Assembly: GCA_043228905.1 (NCBI GenBank)
Contig: JBHGNT010000016.1
Span: 12,524,001-12,588,000, forward strand
DNA: 64,000 nt
Reading direction: 5' to 3'
From: Azolla caroliniana
Lineage: Eukaryota > Plantae > Polypodiophyta
Positions 50,786 to 62,202 of the stretch are shown here, piece by piece. Numbering within the stretch: position 1 is the first letter of the stretch; every line of letters starts with the position of its first letter. The notes beneath the pieces were generated by a model that saw only the letters and a program-made list of their open reading frames with translations, was not told the origin of the DNA and searched no databases. A program made the position numbers and the translations under genes.

Positions 50786-53173
50786 GAACCGTAGACCTCT
50801 AGTTTGTTAGACTAGTGTGATAACAAACTACACCATCTAGACACATTGAGAATAACTAGCAAGGATCGATAAATAAAAGACTACTCTCAATGGAAACTCC
50901 ATGTCAATTCGAAAAGAATAAGTTAAAACATTATTGTTATTGTAATCGACAAGATTATGTGTCCAAACCCGTACTCAAACTGGAGAACTCTAGTGTGTGA
51001 GACAAGCGTGATAACCAACTACACCATTTGGATCCATTGGTCATTACTAATTTAATAGTTTGACATGAATTTGTTAATTAGACCAAGCGATTGGCATGTC
51101 ACAATGACATTGAAATTATGACTTTGTAAGTTTGCCAAGTGGTAGTAACATATACCTTGTACAAGTCTTTTTGACCACTGTCATACCATTTAGATTGAAA
51201 GAAATGTGATTGGAAGTAAGAAATGAGGAATTCTTTTTGCTTTGCTTAATATATGTGCACAACTTACAGTTAGTTTAACTTCATGCTTGACTATATCGAC
51301 ATAATTGGAATCAGCCAACCATGCAAAAAATAATAGTTATGATTCTAGTAAGTCTAAATAGCCCCGTCTCTTGTCCAAACGTAGACTGTAACCGGAGACG
51401 TCTAATGTGTTAGAGTAGCGTGAAAATCAGCTACACCATCTAAACATATCCACGATATCTATTTGTCTAACTTAATTAATCTTGATGCAATAACGATTGA
51501 ACAATAGAGTGTTCTTAGATAAAAATCAAGATATCATTTATTCGTAAAAGTATAGTTCAAAACATACAAATAAACCCAGACTCAAACCAAAGATGTCTAG
51601 TGTGGAAATCTAGCATGATAACCAAGTACACTATCTGGACCTAATTACGAAGATCAATTTCATGGATTTAGATGAATTGGATACTTTCATTGAAGCGATG
51701 TCCAAACTACATGGGTATTACGAGTTTCAATATATCCAATGTGGTAGTGGCCTTTAGCTCAAAGAAGTTTCTAGAAACAAACATATAGCGATAATTGACA
51801 CAAGAAATGAACACGTGGATTTTCTTGGCTTAAAGTACACACATGAGATTCACTTAATTTCACTCAATATATTCATATACACCAATTCTTCTACTCTTTC
51901 TACGTAACATTTTCTGTTGTCCAAACTCAGACTCAAACCAAAGACCTCTAGTGTGTAAGACTAGCGTGATAACCAACTCCACTATTTGGACCCAATTGTA
52001 AAAACCAACGTGATGGATTCAAAAAAAATTGTTACTTTGACGGATTCGATATCACAAGTACATAGCCATCACGAGTTTCAATGTAGCCCATGTGATACTA
52101 GCATTTAGCTCAAACATGTCAGAAACATATATATAACACTATTTGACGTACAAATGTAGACATTGATTTTCTTGGCTATATTGTATTTTTATAGATTAGC
52201 AATTATTCTATTTATTCCATATAACATCTTTCCTTGTCCAAACCCGGACCAGAACCAGAGACCTCTAATGTGTTAGACTAGGGTGATAACCAACTACACC
52301 ATCTAGACATAATGAGAATAACTAACTTGGATCGAAAAATAAAAGACTAATCTCAACAGAAATTCCATATGTCAATTACAAAAAAATAAGTCAAAATATT
52401 ATTGTTACTGTAGTCGACAAGATTATGCGTGGAAACCCGATTTCGAACCGCATACCTGTGGTGTGTGAGACTAGTGTGATAACCAACCACACCATCTGGA
52501 CCCATTCATCATTATTAATTTAATAGTTTCACATGAATTTATTAATTAGACCAAGCGATCGGCATGTCATATTGACATTGACATAACGACTTTGTAAGTT
52601 TGCCAAGTGGTAGTAAGATTTATCTTATAGAAGTCTTTCTAACTACATACCATTTAGATTGAAAAAGATAGCACAAATGGAAGTAAGAAATAAATAATTC
52701 TTTTTGCTTTGCTTAATATATGTCCAGAACTTGCAGTTAGTTTAACTTAATACTTCACTATATGGACATCATTACAATCACACAACCGTGCAAAGAACAA
52801 TTGCTATGATTCTACTCAATGACACCATCTAAACATATCCACGATATCTATTTCTCTATCTTAATTAATCTTGGTGCAATAACGATTAAACCCAGACTCA
52901 AACCGAAGACCTCTAGTGTGTCAGACTAGCGTGATAACCAACTACACTATTTGGACCCAATTGTAAAAACCGCCATGATGGATTCAAAAAAAATTGTTAC
53001 TTTGACGAATTCGATGTCACAAGGACATGGCCAACACGAGTTTCAATGTAGCCCTTATGATACTAGAAACATATAGCACTATTTCACGTACAAATGTAGA
53101 CGTTGATTTTCTTGGCGATATTGTTTTTCTACATATACCAAGTATTCTATTTATTCCATGTAGCATCTTTTCT

Positions 53174-53247
53174 TGTCCAAACCCGGACTTGAACCGAAGA
53201 CCTCTAGTGTGTTACACTAGCGTGATAACCAACTACACCATCTGGAC
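53174..53247 (-). pseudogene. tRNA-Val(AAC)-like module, near intact
   Basis: GTCCAGA TG GTGTAGTTGGTTATCAC G CTAGT GTAACAC ACTAG AGGTC TTCGG TTCAAGT CCGGG TTTGGAC A; folds as a cloverleaf, G32 is atypical. Confidence 0.75.
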
Positions 53248-54975
53248 ACATTGAGAATAACTAACTTGGATCGATAAATAACTAACTTAGTTTCAAACGA
53301 ATTTGTTACTTTGACGGATGCGATGTCACAACTACATGGCCATCACAAGTTTCAATGTAGCCCAAGTTGTAGTGCCATTTAGCTCAAACATGTCAAAAAC
53401 AGATAACACTATTTGACGCAAAAATAGACACGTTGATTTTCTTGGCTATATTGTATTTTTAAGGTTACCAATTATTCTTCTCATTTTATGTAGCATCTTT
53501 TCTTGTCCAAACCCAAACTTGAATCGGAAACCTCTTATGTGTTATACTAGCGTGATAACCAACTACACGAACTAGACATATTGAGAATAACTAGCTTGGA
53601 TCGATGAATAAAAGACTAATCTCAATGGAAATCCCATATGCCAATTCGAAAAGAGTAAGTTAAAACATTATTGTTGTTGTAATCAACATGATTATCAGAG
53701 ACCTCTAGTGTGAGAGACTAGCGTGATAACCAACTACACCATCTCGACCCATTTGCCATTACTACTTTAATAGTTTGTCATGTATTTGTTATTTAGACCA
53801 AGTGATTGGCATGTAACGCTAACATTGCCATAATGACTTCATAAGTTTTCCAAGTGGTAATAAGATTTACCTTATAGAAGTCTTCCTGACTACATACGAT
53901 TTTAATTGGAAAAGATAGCACGAATGTAAGCAAGACATGAAGAATTCTTTTTTCTTTGCTTAATATTGTGCAGGAGTTGCAGTTAGTTTAACTTAATACT
54001 TGACTATATCAACATCATTACAATCAGGCTACCATTTAAAGAACAATAGTTATAATTTTAGTCAGTCTAAATAGCACTTCTCTTCACCAAACGTAGACTT
54101 TAACCGGAGACCTCTAATATGTTAGAGTAGCATGAAAATGAACTACACAATTTAAACATATCAACGATATCTATTTGTCTATCGTAATTAATCTTGGTGC
54201 AATAACGATTGAAGAATAGAGTGGTCTTAGAGGAATTTCAAGATATCATTTCTTTGTAAAAGAATAGTTCAAAGCATTCAAATAAACACGGACTCAATCT
54301 AAAGACCTCCAATGTGGAAGTCTAGCGTTATAACCAACCAGACTATCTAGAAGAAATTGTGAATATCGCTCAATTTCATGTATTCTGATGAATTTGATAC
54401 TCTCACTGAAACAATGTCACAACTACATGGGCACCATGAGTTTCAATGTATCCCATGTGGTAGTGGCATTTAGGTGAAACAAGTCTCTAGAATGAAATAG
54501 CACTAATTGACACAATAAAAACGACAATTGTCTTGGCTTAAGGTACATGCATGAGTTCCACTTAGTCTCACTAAATATATTCTAGTTCTATAAAGATAGA
54601 TGTGAATTCTTCTACTCATTCTATGTAACATTTTTTGTTATCCAAACACGGAGTCGAACTAAAGACCTCGTGTGTAAGACTAGCGTGATAACCAACTACA
54701 TTATTCATGGATTCAAATGAATTTGTTACTTTGACAGATGCAATGTCACAACTACATGGCCATCACGAGTTTCAATGTAGCCCATGGGGTATTGGCATTT
54801 AGCTCAAACATTTCAAAAACAGATAGCACTATTTGACGCACAAATGCCAAACATGTCAGAAACAGATAGCACTATTTGACGCACAAATGTAGACGTTGAT
54901 TTTCTCGGTTATATTGTAGTTTGCTAAAGAAAAAAAAAACCAATTATTCTAGTCAGTCTATGTACCATATCTTTT

Positions 54976-55049
54976 CGTCAAAACCCGGACTTGAACCGGA
55001 CACCTCTAGTGTGTTAGACTAGCAGGATAACCAACTACACCATCTGGAC
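54976..55049 (-). pseudogene. tRNA-Val(AAC)-like module
   Basis: Loop CTAACAC; intact T arm TCCGG-TTCAAGT-CCGGG; D-stem and acceptor mismatches. Confidence 0.65.
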
Positions 55050-55168
55050 ATATTGAGAATAGCCAGCTTGAGTCAATGAATAAAAGACTAAGCTCAATGG
55101 AAATTCCATATGCTAATTCGAAAAGGATAAGTTAAAACATTGTTGTTGTTGTAATCGACAAAATTTTG

Positions 55169-55242
55169 TGTCCAAACCCGGTTTTGAACTGGAGACGTCT
55201 AGTGTGTGAGACTAGCGTGATAACCAACTTCACCAACTGGAC
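55169..55242 (-). pseudogene. tRNA-Val(CAC)-like module
   Basis: Loop CTCACAC within CTAGT/ACTAG stem. Confidence 0.65.
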
Positions 55243-57054
55243 CCATTTGTCATTACTAATTTAATAGTTGGAAATGAATTTGTTAATTAGACCAAGGGAT
55301 TCGCATGTCACACTGACATTGACATAATGACTTTGTAAGTTTGGCAAGTGGTAGTAAGATTTACCTTATAGAAGTCTTTTTGACTACATATCATTTAGAT
55401 TTAAAAAGATAGCACAAATGGAAGCAAGAAATGAAGAATTCTTTTTGCTTTGCATAATATATGTGCAAGACTTGCACTTAGCTTAATACTTGACTATATC
55501 TACACCATTACAATCAGCCAACCGTGCAAAGAACAATTTCTATGATTTTAGTCAGTCTAAATAGCACTGCTCTTGTCCAAACGTAGACTATAACCGGAGA
55601 CCTCTAATGTGTTAGAGTAGCATCATCGGGTGGGTTTGAAGGGAAACACGTACATCTAGGTAGTGACGGATTTCATATATGAAATGTAAATATTGTATGT
55701 TACATCAATATGGCGTTTCACAAATATGTATATAAATAAGGTGTTAATCATTTTTTAAATTTCGTATGTTTTCTTCTAAATTTCACGTGCCGATTATTGA
55801 GACATTTTTTGAAAGCCCTACAATTTTTGGATGTGGAAAGAGGAAGCATATTTGTTGAGTTGACAGTATAATGTTGAGTTGACAGTATTTTTCTAAAGAC
55901 AAATACCAATTATTCTACTCATTCTATGTAACATCTTTTCTTGTCCAAACTCGGACTTGAATCGGAGACCTTTGGTGTGTTAGACTAGCATGATAACCAA
56001 CTACACTATCTAGACATATTGAGAATAAGTAGCTTGGATCGATGAATAAAAGACTAATCTCAAGGGAAATTCCATATGCCAATTTGAAAAGAGTAAGTTA
56101 AAACATTATTGTTGTTGTGATCGACAAGATTATGTCTCCAAACCCGGAGTGGAGCCGGAGAACTCTAGTGTGTGAGACCAACGTGATAACCAACTCCACC
56201 ATTTGGACAGATTTGCCATTACTAATTTAATAGTTTGACATGTATTTGTTAGTTAGACCAAGCGATTGCAATGTAACACTAACATTGCCATAACAACTTA
56301 AATTGTAAGTATTCCAAGTGGTAGTAAGATTTACTTTATAGAAGTCTTTCTGACTACATACAATTTAAATTGAAAAAGATAGCATGAATGTAAGCAAGAA
56401 ATGAAGAATTCTTTTTGCTTTTCTTAATATATGTGCAAGAGTTGCAGTTACTTTAACTTAATACTTGACTGTATTGACATCATTACAATCAGGCAACCAT
56501 GCAAAGAACAATAGCTATGATTTTTGTCAATCTAAATAGCACTTTTCTTTTCCAAATGTAGATTGTACCCGTAGACCTCTAATGTGTTATAATAGCATGA
56601 AAACCAACTACACCATCTAAACATATCGACGCTGTCTATTTATCTATCTGAATTAATCTTGGTGCAATAACCATTGAAGAGTAGAGTATTCTTCGATGAA
56701 TTTGAAGATATTATTTATTTGTAAAGGAATAATTCAAAACATGCGAATAAACCGGAACTCAAACTTAAGACCTCTATTGTGGAAGTCTAGGGTAATAACC
56801 AAGTAGACTATCTAGATGCAATTTTGAATATCGCTCAATTTCATGCATTCTGATGAATTTCATAATCTCACTGAAACTATGTCACAACTACATGCGCATC
56901 ATGATTTTCAATGTATCCGATGTGGTTGTGGAATTTAGGTGAAACAAGTCTCTCAAAACAAATAGCACTTACATGCATCAGTTTCACTCAATATATTCTA
57001 GTTCTATAGTGACAGAGACGAATTCTTGAAGTAATTCTATGTAACATTTTTTGT

Positions 57055-57128
57055 TGTCCAAACCCGGACTAGACCCGTAGATCTCTAGTGTGTAAGACTA
57101 GCGTGATAACAAACTACATTATCTGGAC
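57055..57128 (-). pseudogene. tRNA-Val(TAC)-like module
   Basis: Loop CTTACAC; acceptor GTCCAGA/TTTGGAC. Confidence 0.6.
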
Positions 57129-58782
57129 TTAATTGTGAAGATCAATTTCATGGATTTAGATAATTTGGATACGTTCACTAAACCGATCTCAAAACTACAG
57201 GGCTATTACGAGTTTCAATGTATCCCATGTGGAAGTGGTATTTAGTTCAAACAAGTCTCTAGAAAGAAACATATACCCCTAATTGACACAGGAAATGAAC
57301 ACGTGGATTTTCTTGGCTTCAAGTACATGCATGAGATCCACTTATTTCCATGAAATATATTCACATATACTAATTCTTCTACTCATTCTATGTAGCATTT
57401 TATGTTGTCCAAACATGGAGTCGAACCGAAGACCTCTAGTGTGTAAGACTAGCGTCATAACCAACTATACTATTTGCACTCAATTGTAAAAACCAATTTC
57501 ATGGATTCAAATGAATTTGTAACTTTGATAGATGCCCATGTCGTAGTGGAATTTAGGTCAAACACATTAGAAACAGATAGCACTATTTGACGTAAAACTG
57601 TAGACAATGATTTTCTTGGCTATATTGTATGTTACTAAAGACGAATACCAATTATTCTATTCATTCTATGTAGCATCTTTTCTTGTCCAAACCCGGACTT
57701 GAACCAGAGACCTCTGTTGTGTTAGACTAGTGTGATAACCAACTGCATTATCTAGACAGATTGAAAATAAGTAGGTTGGATCAATGAATAAAAGACTAAT
57801 CTCAATGGAAACTCCATATGCCAATTCTAAAAGAGTAAGTTAAAACATTATTGTTGTTGTGATCTACAAGATTATGTGTCCAAACACGTAGTAGAACTGG
57901 AGACCTCTGGTGCGTGAGACTAGCATGATAACCAACTTGTATAACCATATCGACGATGTCTATTTATCTATCTTAATTAATCTTGGTGCAATAATGATTG
58001 AAGAACAGAGTGTTCATAGATGAATTTCAAGAGATCATTTATTTATAAAGGAATAGTTCAAAACATGCCAATCAACCCGGACTCAAACTCAAGAGCTCTA
58101 CTGGGGAAGTCTAGTGTGATAACAACCTAGACTATCTAGATGCAATTGTGAATATTGCTCAATCTCATGCATTCTGATGAATTTGATAATTTCACTTAGG
58201 TTATGTCACAACTATACGGGTATCATGCGGTTCAATGTATCCCATGTGGTAGTGGCATTTAGGTGAAACAAGTCTCTAGAAAGAAATAGCACTAATTGAC
58301 ACAAAAAATCAATACAGCGATTTTCTTGGCTTAAGGTAGATGTGTCAGTTCCACTTAGTTTTACTAAATATATTCTAGGTCTATAGTGACAGATACCAAT
58401 TGTTCCACTCATTCAACGTAACATTTTTTGTTGTCTAAACCTAGACTCCACCTGTAGATATCTAGTGTGTAAGATTAGCATGATAACCAACCACATTATC
58501 TAGACCTACTTGTGAAGATCAATTTCATGTATTTAGATGATTTGGATACTTTCACTGAACCGATGTCAAAACTACAGGGGTATTATGAGTTTCAATGTAT
58601 ACCATGTGGTAGTGGCATTTAGTTCAAAGAAGTCTCTAGAAAGAAACATATAGCCCTAATTGACACAAGAAATGAAGACGTGGATTTTCTTGGCTTAAGG
58701 TACATGCATGAGATCCACTTAGTTCCATTAAATATATTCATATGAACTAATTCTTCTAGTCATTCTATGTAACATTTTTTGT

Positions 58783-58856
58783 TGTCCAAACACGGAGTCG
58801 AACCGAAGACCTCTAGTGTGTAAGACTAGCGTCATAACCCACTACACTATTTGGAC
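58783..58856 (-). pseudogene. tRNA-Val(TAC)-like module
   Basis: Loop CTTACAC; B box GGTTCGACTCC; acceptor GTCCAAA/TTTGGAC. Confidence 0.65.
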
Positions 58857-59594
58857 CCGATTGTAAAAACCAATTTCATGGATTCAAATGGATTTGTTAC
58901 TTTCATAGATGCAATGTCACAACTACATGGCCATCACAAGTTTTGATTTAGCCCATGTCGTAGTGGACTTTAGGTCAAACACGGCAAAAGCAGATAGCAC
59001 TATTTCACGTAAAAATGTAGACGTTGATTTTCTTGGCTATATCGTATTTTTCTAAAGACGGATACCAATGATTCTATTCATTCTATGTAGCATTTTCTCT
59101 TGTCCAAACTCGAACTTGAACTGGAACCTCTGCTGTGTTAGACTAGCATGATAACCAACTACACTATCTAGACATATTGAGAATAGGGAGTTTGGATCGA
59201 TGAATAGGAAGCTTGGATCGATGAAAAAGATAGCACGAATGGAAGCAAGAAATTTAGAATTGTTTTAGCTTTGCTTAATATATGTGCAGGACGTGCAGTT
59301 AGTTTAACTTAATACCTAATTATATCGATATCATTACAATCACAGAACCGGGCAAAGAACAATAGCTATGATTCTAGTCAATTTAAATAGCACATCTCTT
59401 GTCCAAATGTAGATTGTAAACGGAGACGTCTAACGTATTATAGTACCATGAAAACCAACTACACCATGTAAACATATCGACGATGTCTATTTATCTATCT
59501 TAATTAATCTTGGTGCAATAACGATTGAAGAATAGAGTGTTCTAAGATGAATTTCAAAATATCATTTATTGGTAAAATAATAATTCAAAACATG

Positions 59595-59668
59595 CAAATA
59601 AACCCAGACTTAAACCGAACACCTCTAGTGTGGAAGTCTAGCATGATAACCAACTCCACTATCTAAAC
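59595..59668 (-). pseudogene. tRNA-Val-body module with TCC at the anticodon position
   Basis: CTAGA-CTTCCAC-ACTAG; 3' acceptor strand replaced. Confidence 0.5.
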
Positions 59669-59736
59669 GTAATTGTGAATATCGTTCAATTTTATGCATT
59701 CTGATGTGTTTCATACTTTCACTAAATTTGATACTT

Positions 59737-60445
59737 TGGCGCTTCTCGACCCGTCGGTCGCTTTGTGTCGGTGTCGACTTTTGTTGCCTCCTCATCTATT
59801 TATCCTTTTATTGATTCGACCTCCTCTTCAGAATTGGGTAGGTCCGATTCATTCCAACTTTTCCCTGAAATTGGCAGTCTCAAATTTGTCTTTAACCTTC
59901 AGGCCCTTCACCATGGCGGACCAAGTCTGGGTCTTGGCCTTCTTATTCCAGTTGGCTCTGTCCTTCTTGACTCTGTCGAAGTCGCCGTGTGTTCCGAGTT
60001 TATCATATGTGTTGACTTCTTCAGTCAACTGGACTTCCTTTTTCTTCTTGTCTCCCCCGGTTTTGGTTGTTTCCTTCACTCTGGCTACTTGTCCAGTGCC
60101 TTTGCTTGTTTTCCCAGTTTCCATTCCAGTTTCCATTCCAGTTTCCTCCTTTCTCCCCCACAGGTGCGACATGTCGAGATACTAAACCCAAGAATCTCCG
60201 AAAAATATTGTTATTTGTCCATGTTGGAAGGTTTGGTGAAGATGTCGGCATGTCTGTCGATCGGTTAGAACATACATAAGATCGACTTCAACCACTGAGG
60301 ACCCGATCTCGCACAATGTCGTAATGCACTTCTATTTGCTTTGTCCAAGCACATGTGGAGATGTTGAAGAACAAGCAACTCTAAAAAATGTTGCAACTTG
60401 TACAGGCTGAGAGGTTTGGTGAAGATGTCGGTAGTTGCCGATCTA
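59737..60445 (-). mobile_element. Family C copia fragments (RNase H end, duplicated, plus C-terminal extension)
   Basis: DIFTKP occurs twice; KAKTQTWSAMVKGLK. Confidence 0.75.
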
Positions 60446-60705
60446 CATACCATTTAGATTGAAAAAGATAGCATGAATGGAAGCAAGATATGAAGAATTC
60501 TTTTTGCTTTGCTTAGTATATGTGCATGACTGGCTGTAAGCTTAACTTAATACTTGACTATATTGACAAAATTACAAATAGCCAGCCGTGCAAAGAACAA
60601 TAGCTATGATTCTAGTCATTCTAAATAGCACTTCTCTTGTCCAAACGAAGACTGAAACTAGTTTGCCTAAGACCACCGCCGTCTTTGAATTAAAACATCT
60701 CTCTT

Positions 60706-60754
<49 letters not shown>

Positions 60755-61733
60755 AAGAAATGTAGAATTCTTTTTCCTTTGCTTAATATATGTGCAAGAC
60801 TTGCAGTTAGCTAAACTTAATACTTGACTACATCGACATCATTACAATCAAGCAACCGTGCAAAGAAGAATAGCTATGATTTTAGTCAGTCTAAATAGCA
60901 CTTCTCCTGTCCAAATTTAGACTATAACCAGACACCTCTAATGTATTATAGTATCATGAAAACCAACTACACCATGTAAACATATCGACGATGTCTATTT
61001 ATCTATCATAATTAATCGTGGTGCAATAACGATTGATGAATAGAGTGTTCTTAGATGAATTTCAAGATATTATTTATTCGTAAAAGAATAGTTCAAAACA
61101 TGCAAATAAACCCGGACTCAAACTGAAGACCTCTAGTATGGAAGTCTAGCGTGATAACCAACTAGACTATCTAGATGCAATTGTGAATATCCCTCAATTT
61201 CATGCATTCTGATGAATTTGATAATTTCACTGAAACGATGTCACAACTACATGGGCATCATGAGTTTCAATGTATCGCATGTGGTTGTGGCATTTAGCTG
61301 AAACATGTCTCTCGAAAGAAATAGCACTAATTGGCACAAGAAATCAATACGGCGATTTTCTTGGCTTAAGGGTCATGCATCTGTTCCACTTAGTTTCACT
61401 CAATATATTCTAGTTCTATAGTGATACATACCAATTCTTCTGCTCATTCTACATACCAGTTTTTGTTGTCCAAACCCGGACTCGAATAGAAGACCGTGTA
61501 AAGAACAATCTTGCATCGAACAATAGGTATGATTCTAGTCAATCTAAATAGCATGTCTCTTGTACAAACGTAGACTGTAATCGGAGACGTCGAATGTGTT
61601 AGAGTAACATGAAAATCAACTACACCATCTAGACATATCCACGATATCTATTTGTCAATCTTTATCAACTACACCAATTTCATGGATTCAAATGAATTTG
61701 TTACTTTGACTGATGCGATTTCACAATGACATG
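60446..61733 (-). repeat. tRNA-Val-derived higher-order repeat, segment 6
   Basis: Modules at 60638 (partial), 60908, 61103 (TCC), 61467 (partial), 61561. Confidence 0.85.
60654..60751 (+). mobile_element. Short Penelope-like 3' fragment plus (CT)n
   Basis: GAAACTAGTTTGCCTAAGACCACC..TCTTTGAATTAA..CTCTCT aligns with 5986-6060. Confidence 0.65.
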
Positions 61734-62202
61734 GGGTGAGTAAACCGGTTCGTAAACCAGTGCAGAATCGGACTTTTGCTAATGGAGGAGTGTTGCCACA
61801 TGAATTGTACTCCAAGAAGAAGCCGAACATGGCACACTTGAGGGTTTTCGGTAGCATCACGTATGTGCATGTGCCGAAGGAGAAACGGAGGAAGTTGGAT
61901 GCCAAAGTCGAGATGTGTATCTTGGGTTGCTACTCAGACGAACAGAATGGTTATAAGTGTTATAACCCCCGAACCAAACAAGCTCGTGTAAGTCCTCATG
62001 TGTTCTACGAGTCCGCGTCGTGGTCAGCGAGGATAAAATGCTTCAGGACAAAGGAGACATTGGAGGTCCTGAAGAGAGTTTGATCTCATTCAGGCTACGT
62101 GGGCCGAATGAGCGACTGAGTCGGCATGACCAATCATGCACATAGTCGTTGAGTAGTGGTGACTCAGCGATGCATTCCTTGCACAAGAAGCTGACGAGAC
62201 GG
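61734..62202 (+). mobile_element. Family C copia integrase/linker fragment
   Basis: HLRVFGSITYVHVPKEKRRKLD..GYKCYNP. Confidence 0.8.

Larger units (their letters stand above)
50786..59736 (-). repeat. tRNA-Val-derived higher-order repeat, main segment (~30 modules), with foreign insert at 55623-55885
   Basis: Recurrent module order AAC, CAC, AAC-deg, TCC, TAC, TAC; e.g. AAC modules at 55942 and 57684 give a period of 1742 bp. Confidence 0.9.

Noticed and set aside
53027-58412. Short ORFs in the array (e.g. CPNPDLNRRPLVC)
   Set aside because: Translations of the antisense strand of tRNA modules or spacers
50786-61733. CRISPR-like repeat/spacer appearance
   Set aside because: Spacers are long and themselves repeated, repeats are tRNA-derived, there are no cas genes, and the context is eukaryotic
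50786-61733. Calling modules functional tRNA genes
   Set aside because: Each copy I read has stem or box lesions and no terminator; needs covariance scoring and expression data
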